64,000 nucleotides of DNA from Aquabacterium sp. (GCF_030652515.1 NZ_JAUSAR010000034.1:1887-65886); one strand, 5' to 3'. Shown: positions 13,038-23,339, counted from the first letter of the stretch. Notes: generated by a model not told the origin, from the letters alone. Program-made: numbers and translations.

Positions 13038-13055
13038 ACTGACCAACGGGTCAGT
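13038..13055. promoter_or_regulatory. Palindromic operator candidate (TetR-like)
   Basis: Perfect inverted repeat ACTGACC-AACG-GGTCAGT upstream of the efflux operon. Confidence 0.55.
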
Positions 13056-13122
13056 AATCTGATTTTTTGCGAGAGCACCGCACCAATGGCGACAATGTGG
13101 CGTCTTTGTCCACATCCAGCCC

Positions 13123-13998
13123 ATGCCTCAAACCCCCAATGCCCCCCTGCCCCTGATCAGGCCGGGCAGCAGTCACTACTATGCGCTGCAATCCGCCCCA
13201 CTGGCACTTCGCCCGTCCCTGCAAGCCTGGGTTCATTTTTGGCACGAGGTCAGCGCCATTCCCTTGACGGTGAACGACCCGGGTGTGGCCCAGACCAAAC
13301 TGGCCTGGTGGCATCAGGAGGTGCGAAACAGCTTTGACGGCCAACCCGCTCATCCACTGACCAGACCATTGGCCCAGCCTGTGCCTGCCCCGGGGCAATG
13401 GCCGCCACAAGACTTGTGGTTGGCGCAGGTGGATGGCATGCAAGCCCTGGTGCAACAGACTCGGTGGCTGGACGAGGTCAGCCAGAAAAAACATGCCTTG
13501 GCCACCACCGGCGCCGCCTGCGAAGCGGCAGCCCACCTGCTGGGTGCCCGGTCGCCCGCCGCACTGTCAGCCGCCCGGGAACTGGGCTGGGGGCTGCGAC
13601 AAGCCCACCATCTGAGCCGCTTGGGGCAGGACGCTCGGCTAGGCTGGCTGCACACCCCGGTCAGCATCCTGCAGCAGCACGATGTGAAGGCGCATGAACT
13701 GCTGCGCCCTTCGCCAGGCCAGGCGCCTGAACATTGGCCCGCGCTGTTGACCTACCTGCATGCGCAGGCCCGCCAAAACTTGACGGCGTCATGGCACGCC
13801 ATCGCCCAACTGCCCCGAGCTGAGCGACAGACACTGCGCCCTCTGGCCGTGTTGGCGGCATTGCAGATCGCTTTGATTGACGAGATTGCCGCACAAGGCG
13901 CGCGCGTGCTGCACGAACGCATCATGCTGACGCCACTGCGCAAATGGTGGATCGCCACCCAAGTGCGCTGGGCTTGGTTTTCAGCGTCCGAACGGTGA
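13123..13998 (+). CDS. Squalene/phytoene synthase (HpnD)-like protein with degenerate Asp motifs
   Basis: GSSHYYA, DPGVAQTKLAWW, HPLT and LTPLRKWWIA match the HpnD pattern; DDxxD motif absent. Confidence 0.8.
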   Translation: MPQTPNAPLPLIRPGSSHYYALQSAPLALRPSLQAWVHFWHEVSAIPLTVNDPGVAQTKLAWWHQEVRNSFDGQPAHPLTRPLAQPVPAPGQWPPQDLWLAQVDGMQALVQQTRWLDEVSQKKHALATTGAACEAAAHLLGARSPAALSAARELGWGLRQAHHLSRLGQDARLGWLHTPVSILQQHDVKAHELLRPSPGQAPEHWPALLTYLHAQARQNLTASWHAIAQLPRAERQTLRPLAVLAALQIALIDEIAAQGARVLHERIMLTPLRKWWIATQVRWAWFSASER

Positions 13999-15129
13999 GG
14001 CCAGAGGCTCGCCCACAAACAAACCTTGCTGAGGCCAAGCCACGCTTTTCCAGTAGGCCTCCAGGGCCGTGGCGCCTTGCAGATAGAACCCGATCAAGGC
14101 CTGGGGGTGTGGAAACTTCTGCAGATGAGCGCAGGGCTCGCTGGTCGTGCCGTAGCTGGCGGTGACCCCGGCATCAATCCACGACAGCACCGTCATCTGC
14201 CCGTGAGGCTTGTCCAGGATGCCGCCAAACGAGGTCAAGTGATCCCCCAGCGCGCCAGGAACAAACTCGTTGGTGTCCAGAAAATCCACCTGCGTAAGCC
14301 CGGTTTGATACAACAAGACGCGGTCAGCGTTTTTCAAGGCATCAGTCTGGTCCAGGTGAACGTCCACGCCAAAGGGTGGGTTGCTGCCCGCTGGTGGAAA
14401 CAGTTGCTGGCGCACGCTGCGAATCTTGTCCGTGGTGGTGACGAAATGGGCATTCACCGCAGGCGCACCTCGCAGCCCCAAGGTTCCGTCAGAACGCACG
14501 CCTCGGTCAATCAAGGCCTTGGCTGAATCGGCATCCTTGGCCGCCAGCAGCATGCTCAAGCGCATGCGGTGATCCTTGAAGGGTTTGGTGGAGCTGGAGC
14601 CGAAATAGGTGGAAGCTTTCGATGGCGCGGCACAAGTGTTAGAGCACAACTTGGCGTCATAGCCCATGGCCAGCGCCCCGGTGATGGAATTGCAGTTCAC
14701 CCCAAAAGGCAGCCGCCACGTCAATGCCAGCGCCTCAACCTTGGCGCCAAAGAAATCGTCGATCTGCTTTTTGAAATCCTCGAACTCATCAGGCGCCAGG
14801 GTGGCCTTCATCGGCAGGCTCAGCCGAAGCACCCGGCTGGCAGGAATGCCGCGCGCCTTGGCGTAGTACTCGCCGATCTGGACGGAATATGGATCATCGG
14901 TGTTGATGACCACGCCGAGGTCTTTGGCCGTGAGGTGCCCAAAAACACGGGGCATGGTCATCCATCGACGCCCTGATGCCGCAGAGGCGGCACTGGCCGC
15001 CGCCTCACTGAACTCGGCCGCCAGGGAGGGCACCGCCGCATTCAATGAGGGCGGGCAGAGGAGGAAACCCGCCGCCAATCCGCCGACCCAACCCGCCCGA
15101 ACCAGTGCTTCATGGAAGATATTTTTCAT
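13981..15129 (-). CDS. TIGR03790-family exported protein
   Basis: VVIN..DPYS..IGEYY...RGIP, GALGDHLTSFGG, GTTSEP and GEPLASPF motifs. Confidence 0.8.
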   Translation of the reverse strand: MKNIFHEALVRAGWVGGLAAGFLLCPPSLNAAVPSLAAEFSEAAASAASAASGRRWMTMPRVFGHLTAKDLGVVINTDDPYSVQIGEYYAKARGIPASRVLRLSLPMKATLAPDEFEDFKKQIDDFFGAKVEALALTWRLPFGVNCNSITGALAMGYDAKLCSNTCAAPSKASTYFGSSSTKPFKDHRMRLSMLLAAKDADSAKALIDRGVRSDGTLGLRGAPAVNAHFVTTTDKIRSVRQQLFPPAGSNPPFGVDVHLDQTDALKNADRVLLYQTGLTQVDFLDTNEFVPGALGDHLTSFGGILDKPHGQMTVLSWIDAGVTASYGTTSEPCAHLQKFPHPQALIGFYLQGATALEAYWKSVAWPQQGLFVGEPLASPFGR

Positions 15130-15253
15130 AAGGCGTTATCAAATCCCGGAAAGTGGGCTGATGTGCCCCTATATGGGCCTCAAGCCACTGATTATTTCGC
15201 CGAATGACGAGGGATCCCACCTTTCAAAATGGTTTGCCACAAAGGAAAACCCG

Positions 15254-15997
15254 ATGAGTGAATCCACTTCGCCCTCCACTTCGATCCAGGTCATGGCCAG
15301 AATGTTCAGTCTTTTGGACGCATTGGCCCATGAAGGAGACTCCGTTTCGCTGAAAACCGTGAGCGAACGCACGGGTTTGCACCCCTCGACGGCCCACCGC
15401 ATCCTCAACGATCTGGCCGTGGGCGGTTTTGTCGAACGATCCGGCCCCGGCACATACCGCCTGGGCTTGCGTTTGCTGCAACTGGGCAACCTGGTCAAGT
15501 CCCGCCTGGATGTGCGCGACCTGGCCATGCGCCCCATGCAGGAACTGCACCGCCTGACCGGTCAGACCGTGGCTTTGCATGTTCGCCAGGACGATGAATC
15601 AGTTTGCGTGGAGCGCACCAGCAGTGAACGCAATGGCATCCAGGTCAACCGGGTGCTCGGCGCCCGCACGCCTTTGGTCGCCAGTGCATCAGGCAAGGTG
15701 CTGATCAGCCAATGGACGGCGGCGCAGTTGTACACGCTGGCCCAAGCCAACGGCACCCGCGCTGACACCCTGCACACCGAGCTGCAAAACATCCGCGCGA
15801 ATGGCCTGGCGGTCGATGGTGATTCGGTGGAAGCCGCACAGCAACAAGCGGCGGCACCCGTCATTGACGACCATGGCCAGGTCGTGGCCAGCCTGGCCTT
15901 GAACACCGCCAGCTTGCGGCTGAGTGCCGAGTGGGGCGAGGCCCTGAAGGGGGCAGCCGCCCGGATCTCGACATCCATGGGCTGGTCGGGGCGCTGA
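15254..15997 (+). CDS. IclR-family transcriptional regulator
   Basis: TGLHPSTAHRIL HTH, YRLG, ASGKVL. Confidence 0.9.
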   Translation: MSESTSPSTSIQVMARMFSLLDALAHEGDSVSLKTVSERTGLHPSTAHRILNDLAVGGFVERSGPGTYRLGLRLLQLGNLVKSRLDVRDLAMRPMQELHRLTGQTVALHVRQDDESVCVERTSSERNGIQVNRVLGARTPLVASASGKVLISQWTAAQLYTLAQANGTRADTLHTELQNIRANGLAVDGDSVEAAQQQAAAPVIDDHGQVVASLALNTASLRLSAEWGEALKGAAARISTSMGWSGR

Positions 15998-16026
15998 GCA
16001 GGCAGGGGGCCCTCTCTCCAGACATG

Positions 16027-16051
16027 AAAAAAGGCCCCGCAGGGCCTTTTT
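16027..16051. terminator. Bidirectional intrinsic terminator
   Basis: AAAAAAGGCCC-CGCA-GGGCCTTTTT between convergent genes. Confidence 0.85.
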
Positions 16052-16091
16052 CTTTGAGCTGCCCGAGCCATTCAGGCAGGCACGTGATCCA

Positions 16092-17270
16092 TCAGGACGT
16101 GACCTTGGGAATGGCGATCAGGTCGGCAGAACCACGCGGCACCGGAGGTGCCGTTTCAATCCAGCGGCGCACACGCTCGGCATCGGCCTGACGCGAGTAC
16201 TTGCCCGTGGAATCGAGGAACACCATGATCAGCTTGCGACCCGCCATGCGGGCTTGCAAGACCAGGCAGCGGCCAGCTTCGACGATGTAACCGGTTTTTT
16301 GCAGACCGATGTCCCAGTTGGGGCTGCGCACCAGGCTGTTGGTGGTGCGGAACTGAAGCTGGCGTGCGCCGAGGTGAACGGCATACTCGCGCGAAGTGGA
16401 CAGCTCACGGATCAAAGGCTGCTGGTAGGCGGCTTTGACCAGGATGGCCAGATCGCGGGCGCTGGATTGGTTCTTGCTGCTCAAGCCGGTGGGCTCGACA
16501 TACTTGGTGTCGGCCATGCTCAAGAGCTGCGCCTTGCGGTTCATCGCCACCACGAAGGCCTGCATGCCGCCTGGGTAGATGCGGCCCAAAGCATGCGCCG
16601 CGCGGTTTTCAGATGACATCAAGGCCAGGTGCAGCAATTCACCCCGGGTCAGCGTGGCACCCACGGCCAGGCGTGAACTGCTGTTCTTTTCGGTGTCCAC
16701 ATCGTCAGAGGTGATGGTGATGGACTCGTCCAGCGACAACTTGGCCTCGACCACCACCATGGCGGTCATCAGCTTGGTCAGCGAGGCAATCGGCAACACC
16801 GCTTCGGAATTCTTGGAAAACAGAACCTCGTTGGTGTCCTGATCCATCACGAAAGCCACGCTGGACTTGAGATCCAGCGGATCAGCAGTGTGGTGCAGAC
16901 CATAAAGCTGGCCGAAAGAGGCGCCCGATGCTGCGGACACGCCAACGGCAGCACCAACCGCCGTGGCCTTGGTGACCGAGCGGCTGACGGGCGTAGCCCG
17001 TGACTTCACCAGGGGCCTGCGAGCTGGGGCCCGGGAGATCTTGGCGGGCGCGCGCGCACGAACCACGCGGGATTTGCGCACATTGCTGGCTTTGACCTTG
17101 TTGCCTTGAACGACACGCGAAGACTTGGCAGTGGCGGTGGTGCGAGCTTTGGACTTGGTTTTGGCTTTGGCCTCGGCCAGGCCTGGTGTACTCAGGGCCA
17201 GGCAGGCCACCGACAGCATCACCAACAACGTCAAACAACTTTTCTTGAACTTCTTGAGCACGACCATCAC
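16092..17270 (-). CDS. pbpG: D-alanyl-D-alanine endopeptidase (PBP7, peptidase S11)
   Basis: SLTK, SEN and KTG motifs; basic low-complexity N-terminal extension. Confidence 0.9.
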   Translation of the reverse strand: MMVVLKKFKKSCLTLLVMLSVACLALSTPGLAEAKAKTKSKARTTATAKSSRVVQGNKVKASNVRKSRVVRARAPAKISRAPARRPLVKSRATPVSRSVTKATAVGAAVGVSAASGASFGQLYGLHHTADPLDLKSSVAFVMDQDTNEVLFSKNSEAVLPIASLTKLMTAMVVVEAKLSLDESITITSDDVDTEKNSSSRLAVGATLTRGELLHLALMSSENRAAHALGRIYPGGMQAFVVAMNRKAQLLSMADTKYVEPTGLSSKNQSSARDLAILVKAAYQQPLIRELSTSREYAVHLGARQLQFRTTNSLVRSPNWDIGLQKTGYIVEAGRCLVLQARMAGRKLIMVFLDSTGKYSRQADAERVRRWIETAPPVPRGSADLIAIPKVTS

Positions 17271-17377
17271 AGCCCTTTCGTCACAGTGCGAAGTGTAATT
17301 AAAAAGGCGCGCCAGATCAATGACTTACGCGCCTTTTGTAAAGTGACCTCGCCATTCAGGCCATCATGACCAAGGGT

Positions 17378-18919
17378 TTACCCCTGAGCAGCCACCCTTT
17401 CGGCCTTGCTGTGCAGCTTGTTCAAGGCTGACAGATAAGCTTTGGCGGATGCCACCACGATGTCCGGATCGGCTCCGACCCCATTGACCACGCGCCCACT
17501 GTGTTGCAAACGAACGGTCACCTCTCCCTGTGATTCTGTGCTTCCGGACGTGATCGCATTGACGGAGTAGAGGACCATTTCCGCGCCACTTTTCACGACA
17601 GCCTCGATTGCCTTGAGACTGGCATCCACGGGGCCATTGCCATCGCTCTCGGATTGGTGTTCAACATCCCCCGCGGCGAAAACCACGCTGGCGTGCGGGC
17701 GCTCACCCATTTCCGAGTGCTGGGACAACGCCACCAGGCGGTAGTGGTCCTGTTCGGCGGTCAGGCTTTCGTCGCCCACCAGGGCGATGATGTCCTCGTC
17801 GAAAATCTCGCTCTTGCGGTCGGCCAGTTCCTTGAACTTGGCGAAAGCAGCGTTGATGTCGGCCTCGGAGTCGATCGTGATGCCGAGTTCGGTCAGGCGT
17901 TGCTTGAAGGCATTGCGGCCCGACAGCTTGCCCAGCACGATCTTGTTGGCGGCCCAGCCCACGTCCTCGGCGCGCATGATTTCGTAGGTGTCGCGCGCCT
18001 TGAGCACGCCATCCTGGTGGATGCCCGAGGCGTGCGCGAAGGCGTTGGCGCCCACCACGGCCTTGTTGGGCTGCACCACGAAACCGGTGGTTTGCGAGAC
18101 CAGGCGGGAGGCCGGCATGATCTGCGTGGTGTCGATGCCCACGTCCAGGCCAAAATAATCGCGGCGCGTGCGCACCGACATCACCACTTCTTCAAGCGCG
18201 GCATTGCCCGCGCGTTCGCCCAGGCCGTTGATGGTGCATTCCACCTGGCGCGCGCCACCGATCTTGACGCCGGCCAGCGAGTTGGCCACGGCCATGCCCA
18301 GGTCGTTGTGGCAGTGCACCGACCAGATCGCCTTGTCGGAATTGGGCACGCGCTCGCGCAGGGTCTTGATGAAGTTGCCGTACAGGTCGGGGATGCCGTA
18401 GCCCACCGTGTCGGGGATGTTGATGGTGGTGGCCCCTTCGGCGATCACCGCTTCGATCACGCGGCTGAGGTAGTCCATGTCCGAGCGGTAGCCGTCTTCG
18501 GCCGAGAACTCGACGTCATTGGTGAGGTTGCGGGCAAAACGCACCGACAGCTTGGCCTGCTCGAGCACCTGCTCGGGCGACATGCGCAGCTTCTTTTCCA
18601 TGTGCAGCGCGCTGGTGGCAATGAAGGTGTGGATGCGCCAGGAGTTGGCACCCTTCAGGGCTTCAGCGGCACGGGCAATGTCGCGGTCGTTGGCGCGGGC
18701 CAGCGAACACACTGTGGAGTCCTTGATCGCGGCGGCAATCGCCTTGACGGCTTCGAAATCACCATTGGACGAGGCGGCAAAACCGGCTTCGATCACGTCC
18801 ACCTTGAGGCGCTCCAGCTGGCGGGCGATGCGCAGCTTTTCTTCGCGGGTCATGGAGGCGCCGGGCGATTGCTCGCCATCGCGCAAGGTGGTGTCGAAAA
18901 TGATGAGTTTGTCGGTCAT
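17378..18919 (-). CDS. leuA: 2-isopropylmalate synthase
   Basis: [32 protein letters not shown] regulatory domain. Confidence 0.98.
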   Translation of the reverse strand: MTDKLIIFDTTLRDGEQSPGASMTREEKLRIARQLERLKVDVIEAGFAASSNGDFEAVKAIAAAIKDSTVCSLARANDRDIARAAEALKGANSWRIHTFIATSALHMEKKLRMSPEQVLEQAKLSVRFARNLTNDVEFSAEDGYRSDMDYLSRVIEAVIAEGATTINIPDTVGYGIPDLYGNFIKTLRERVPNSDKAIWSVHCHNDLGMAVANSLAGVKIGGARQVECTINGLGERAGNAALEEVVMSVRTRRDYFGLDVGIDTTQIMPASRLVSQTTGFVVQPNKAVVGANAFAHASGIHQDGVLKARDTYEIMRAEDVGWAANKIVLGKLSGRNAFKQRLTELGITIDSEADINAAFAKFKELADRKSEIFDEDIIALVGDESLTAEQDHYRLVALSQHSEMGERPHASVVFAAGDVEHQSESDGNGPVDASLKAIEAVVKSGAEMVLYSVNAITSGSTESQGEVTVRLQHSGRVVNGVGADPDIVVASAKAYLSALNKLHSKAERVAAQG

Positions 18920-19008
18920 GGTGGTCTCCGTGGGACAAGTCAAAGGGTCTGTTCAAACCTCAGCACTGAGGGCTGTTTGGGTTTGGCGACACTTGAAATG
19001 ACTGCTAC

Positions 19009-19049
19009 CAAACAAAACGGCCCGCGGGCAATGCTGGCGGGCCGTTTTG
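19009..19049 (-). terminator. leuA attenuator terminator
   Basis: CAAAACGGCCCGC...GCGGGCCGTTTTG hairpin followed by TTT on the minus strand, between leader peptide and leuA. Confidence 0.85.
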
Positions 19050-19087
19050 CGAAAGTTCGGATGTGTACTGTGTACAAACGAAAGCGA

Positions 19088-19144
19088 TCAACGCGCCCGG
19101 GGCACTCCTAGAAGTAGTAGCAGGTTGGCGTTGAAGGTCGTCAT
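19088..19144 (-). CDS. Leucine attenuator leader peptide MTTFNANLLLLLGVPRAR
   Basis: ATG..TGA ORF with five consecutive Leu codons (CTG CTA CTA CTT CTA) upstream of the terminator and leuA. Confidence 0.88.
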   Translation of the reverse strand: MTTFNANLLLLLGVPRAR

Positions 19145-19204
19145 GGAAAGCAATATAGCACGTGGCTCATGGCTTGATACCGGGCAAAAGCCCCGAAAAA
19201 GCTA

Positions 19205-20065
19205 TCAGCGGTGTAGCCCTTCTTCATCGGGCTCGTCGGTCGAGGTGGAGATCACGCTCACCGGTTTGCCCTTCAGGCGCTTCCACACATAAACGCCGTA
19301 GCCCGACACGCCGTAGACCACGAAAACGCCGAAAAGCACCACGGGAGGGTGGATGGTCACCACCGCGATACCCAAGGCGATCGCCACGATCACGATGAAG
19401 GGCACCGTGCGTTTGAAACTGACGTCCTTGAAACTGTAAAACGGCACGTTGGTCACCATGGTGAGACCGGCGTAGAGGGTGAAGGCGAATGCCAGCCAGA
19501 CCATCCACGGTGCAGAGCGCAGCACTGGGTCGAGGTCGGTCACCACCCAGATCAGGCCGATCACCAAAGCGGCGGCAGCGGGGCTGGGCAAGCCCTGGAA
19601 GAAGCGCTTGTCGACCACGCCGATGTTGGTGTTGAAACGAGCCAGGCGCAAGGCGGCGCAGGAGCAATACACAAAGGCGGCGATCCAGCCCCATTTGCCC
19701 AGGCCCTTGAGCGACCACTCGTAGACGATGAGCGCGGGGGCAGCACCGAAGGACACCATGTCCGACAGGCTGTCCATCTGCTCGCCAAACGCGCTTTGCG
19801 TGTTGGTCATGCGGGCGACCCGGCCATCCAGGCTGTCCAGCACCATGGCGCAGAAAATGCCGATGGCGGATTGCTCGAACTGCCCGTTCATGGCCATGAC
19901 GATGCCGTAAAAGCCGCCAAACAGAGCCGCCAGCGTGAACAGGTTGGGGAGGATGAAGATGCCCTTGCGGCGCCGACGCGTGCTGGGCGAGTCTTCCGCG
20001 TCATCCAGGGGCAGGTCGACCACTCGGGTCGAGGCTGGGTCAGGTTGCGTCGTGGGTAATGTCAT
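19205..20065 (-). CDS. pssA: CDP-diacylglycerol--serine O-phosphatidyltransferase
   Basis: LPNLFT, DSLDGRVAR...FG..MDSLSD CDP-alcohol phosphotransferase motif, RLARFN. Confidence 0.95.
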   Translation of the reverse strand: MTLPTTQPDPASTRVVDLPLDDAEDSPSTRRRRKGIFILPNLFTLAALFGGFYGIVMAMNGQFEQSAIGIFCAMVLDSLDGRVARMTNTQSAFGEQMDSLSDMVSFGAAPALIVYEWSLKGLGKWGWIAAFVYCSCAALRLARFNTNIGVVDKRFFQGLPSPAAAALVIGLIWVVTDLDPVLRSAPWMVWLAFAFTLYAGLTMVTNVPFYSFKDVSFKRTVPFIVIVAIALGIAVVTIHPPVVLFGVFVVYGVSGYGVYVWKRLKGKPVSVISTSTDEPDEEGLHR

Positions 20066-21374
20066 GTTCGGCGGAGGATACCTCAAGCGGGGGACGGACA
20101 TGAACGACCCTTTGAGGATAGGGAATATCGACGTTCAATTGGTTCAGTGTGGCCAAAATGGCCAGATTGACCTCGGACCGCGCCGCCAATTGCCCGTTTT
20201 CAGGATCACCAATCCAGAAGGCCACGGTCAGGCCCAGGCCATCGGGGGCAAAGGTCGTCAAGTGGACCGCCGGAGCCGGGCTGGGCAGGATGCGGGGCAC
20301 CTTGGCCACGGCCTCGGCCAGCAAGGGGCGCAGCCAGTCCAGGTCGGTGCCATAGGCAACTTGCACCTCGGTCATGAGCAGCAGCTTGTTGTCGGCCAGC
20401 GAGGCATTTTCAACCCGCTGGGTGATCAGCATTTCATTGGGCACGATGGCTTCGCGCCCCGCCGACGAGCGCAGCACGGTGTAGCGGGTATTGATGTCGG
20501 TGATGCGGCCTTCAAAGTTATCAACCTTGACCAGATCGCCAATGCGCAGGCTGCGTTCGGCCAGAATGACGAAACCACTGACGTAGTTGGCGGCCAGTTT
20601 TTGCAGGCCAAAGCCCACGCCCACGCCGATGGCGCCGCCCAGCACCGACAGCGCGGTCAGGTCGATGCCCACCGCCGACAAGGCCATCATCAAGCCCACG
20701 GTCAGCAGCAAGGCCCGGGACAGGTTGGCCATGATCTTGCGCAGCGACAGGTTGTCGGTGGCGCCTTTCAGCAGGCGGTTCTCGATGACCGAGGACAGTG
20801 ACAGCGAGAGGATCAAGACCAGAACCGCGCTGAACGCCCCTTCGATCAGATTGCGCAGGCTGACCTGGCTGGAACCAATCTTCCAGGTGATGCCATCCAG
20901 TTCATCCAACACCAAGGGCATCACGCCGATGATCCACAGCACGCTGCCTGCCCAGGCCATCCAGGACACGGTGCGCTCGATGACACGCATGGCCGGTGCG
21001 TTGGGGAACACCACCCCCAGCACCTTGACGGTGAGGCGAATGACGGCCAGGGACACCAGCACCGGGATGGCCACGCGGAACACGGCCAAGGGGATTTCAA
21101 CGCCCGCCAGGAAGCGGCGCGCACCCAGCGCCAGCAGGAGCGCCAGGATGGGGAACAGCACGCCGTCCACGACATGCTGGCCGAACCAAATGGACTTGGG
21201 GTCGGCCTGGCGACCCCGCGTCAGGCGCACGATCAGCCAGGCACCGCCCAGGCAAGCCAGCAGGAGGCCCAACTCGGCCATGGCCGTGGGCTGCTGCAGT
21301 TGGGTCCAGAGTTTGGTGAGTTCTTCGGCCGTCAGGGGCTGGGCAGAGTGCAGGGAGGATGGCGTCGTCGGCAT
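20040..21374 (-). CDS. MscS-family mechanosensitive channel
   Basis: GVGVGFGLQKLAANYVSG, IGDLV, IVPN; extra N-terminal TM helices. Confidence 0.92.
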   Translation of the reverse strand: MPTTPSSLHSAQPLTAEELTKLWTQLQQPTAMAELGLLLACLGGAWLIVRLTRGRQADPKSIWFGQHVVDGVLFPILALLLALGARRFLAGVEIPLAVFRVAIPVLVSLAVIRLTVKVLGVVFPNAPAMRVIERTVSWMAWAGSVLWIIGVMPLVLDELDGITWKIGSSQVSLRNLIEGAFSAVLVLILSLSLSSVIENRLLKGATDNLSLRKIMANLSRALLLTVGLMMALSAVGIDLTALSVLGGAIGVGVGFGLQKLAANYVSGFVILAERSLRIGDLVKVDNFEGRITDINTRYTVLRSSAGREAIVPNEMLITQRVENASLADNKLLLMTEVQVAYGTDLDWLRPLLAEAVAKVPRILPSPAPAVHLTTFAPDGLGLTVAFWIGDPENGQLAARSEVNLAILATLNQLNVDIPYPQRVVHVRPPLEVSSAEHDITHDAT

Positions 21375-21385
21375 GGATGAAGTTA

Positions 21386-22321
21386 CTACTCGTCGATCAA
21401 CACGCGCAGGTGGGCCGCGACACTGCGGCCCAAGGCGTCCAGGTTGTAGCCGCCTTCCAGGCAGGAGACGATCCTGCCCTTGGCAAAGCGTTTGGCCACG
21501 TCCATGATTTTGCTGGTGATCCAGGCGTAGTCGGCTTCGACCAGGCCCAGGCCACCCAGATCGTCTTCGCGGTGGGCGTCAAAACCGGCGGAGATGAAGA
21601 TCATCTCAGGCTTGAAGAACTCAAGCCGGTGCATCCAGTAGGTTTCGACGATTTCGCGGATCACCTTGCCGTTGCTGCGGGCCGGCACGGGCACGTTGAC
21701 CATGTTGGCGGCACGGCACTCTTCACCGCTGTAAGGGTAGAGAGGATGTTGGTAGAAACTGACCATCAAGACGCGGTCGTCGTTGGCCAGGATGTCTTGC
21801 GTGCCATTGCCGTGGTGGACGTCAAAGTCCACGATGGCCACACGCTTGAGGCCCCGCACGTCCAGGGCATGCCGGGCCGCCACGGCCACGTTGTTGAACA
21901 GGCAAAAGCCCATGGTCTGGCGGCGCGTGGCATGGTGGCCAGGCGGGCGCACCGCGCAAAAGGCATTGTGCAGTTGGCCATCGATGACGGCGTCGGTGGC
22001 CGCCACGGCGGCCCCTGCGGCCCGCCATGCGGCAGAGCGGGTGCCGGGGCAGGCCAGGGTGTCGGGGTCGAGCGCACGCGTGTCGCCGGTGGATTCCAGC
22101 TGGTGCAGGAAATCATCCAGCGTCGCCACGTAGTTGCTCTCGTGGGCCAAACTCAGGTCGGACAACTTGGCCAGCGGCGCTTCGTGCTGCGACATCAAGG
22201 CATCCAGGCCCTGGGCACGCAGGTGGTCGGCGATCGCCAGCAGGCGTTGGGGACACTCAGGGTGGCCGTGGCCCATGTCGTGGGCCAGGCAATCTGGATG
22301 GGTGAAATAACCGGTCGACAT
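21386..22321 (-). CDS. Histone deacetylase-family amidohydrolase
   Basis: HPECPQR, RPPGHHA, GFCLFNN, DFDVHHGNGT, SAGFDAH, LEGGY. Confidence 0.95.
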   Translation of the reverse strand: MSTGYFTHPDCLAHDMGHGHPECPQRLLAIADHLRAQGLDALMSQHEAPLAKLSDLSLAHESNYVATLDDFLHQLESTGDTRALDPDTLACPGTRSAAWRAAGAAVAATDAVIDGQLHNAFCAVRPPGHHATRRQTMGFCLFNNVAVAARHALDVRGLKRVAIVDFDVHHGNGTQDILANDDRVLMVSFYQHPLYPYSGEECRAANMVNVPVPARSNGKVIREIVETYWMHRLEFFKPEMIFISAGFDAHREDDLGGLGLVEADYAWITSKIMDVAKRFAKGRIVSCLEGGYNLDALGRSVAAHLRVLIDE

Positions 22322-22370
22322 GGGTCAGTCCCGCGCGGTGTGGCCCGCCGGTTTGGGTTAAGGTAATGCC

Positions 22371-23339
22371 ATGCTTCTTCGCACCGAACCGCTCCCTGCC
22401 GCAGCGCCAAGCGCCGCCGCCTTGAAGACCTCTCAGATCACACAGCTCGTTGATCAGATTAGCACGATCATCGTGGGCAAGCGAGAGCAGGTCACCCTCA
22501 GCGTGATCTGCTTGCTGGCCGGCGGTCACCTTCTGATCGAAGACGTGCCGGGTGTGGGCAAGACCACCCTGTCGCAGGCCCTGGCGCGGTGCCTGGGCCT
22601 GAGTTTTTCACGCATCCAGTTCACGGCCGACCTGTTGCCCTCCGACCTGATCGGGGTGAGCGTGTATGAACGCCAGCGCGAAGAGTTCGTCTTTCACCCG
22701 GGGCCTGTGTTTGCCCAGGTGCTGTTGGCCGATGAAATCAACCGCGCCGGCCCCCGCACCCAGAGTGCCTTGCTGGAAGCGATGGAAGAACGCCAGGTGT
22801 CGGTGGAGGGCGAGACGCGCCCCCTGCCCTCGCCGTTTTTCGTGATCGCCACGCAGAATCCCTCCGAGCAGTTGGGCACACACCCCTTGCCTGAATCCCA
22901 ATTGGACCGGTTTGCCATGCGCCTGTCCTTGGGCTACCCGGACCCGGCCTCTGAACGCGCCCTGCTGATGGGCGAAGACCGGCGCGAGGCGATTCAACAC
23001 CTGCAGCCATTGTTGTCGCCCAGCGAATGGGCAGCCTGGCAAGCCAAAGTGAACACCATCCATGTGGCCGATGCCTTGCTGGACTACCTGCAAGCCCTGC
23101 TGACCGCTACGCGCGACGGTCGTTGGTTTGCGCAGGGGCTCAGCCCTCGCGCGGGGCTGTCCTTGCTCAAGCTGGCCAGGGCGCGCGCCTTGTTCCTGGG
23201 GCGCGGCCACGTGTCGCCCGAAGACATCCAGACGCTGTGGGTACCCACCGTGGCGCACCGGCTGGTGTCGCTGCCGCAATCAGGCCGCAGCGCCGCCGCC
23301 CAGGCTCGTGCGCTGCTGGAGGCCACCCAAGTGCCATGA
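22371..23339 (+). CDS. MoxR-family AAA+ ATPase
   Basis: GHLLIEDVPGVGKT, RIQFTADLLPSD, DEINRA, ATQNP, LPESQLDRF. Confidence 0.95.
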   Translation: MLLRTEPLPAAAPSAAALKTSQITQLVDQISTIIVGKREQVTLSVICLLAGGHLLIEDVPGVGKTTLSQALARCLGLSFSRIQFTADLLPSDLIGVSVYERQREEFVFHPGPVFAQVLLADEINRAGPRTQSALLEAMEERQVSVEGETRPLPSPFFVIATQNPSEQLGTHPLPESQLDRFAMRLSLGYPDPASERALLMGEDRREAIQHLQPLLSPSEWAAWQAKVNTIHVADALLDYLQALLTATRDGRWFAQGLSPRAGLSLLKLARARALFLGRGHVSPEDIQTLWVPTVAHRLVSLPQSGRSAAAQARALLEATQVP

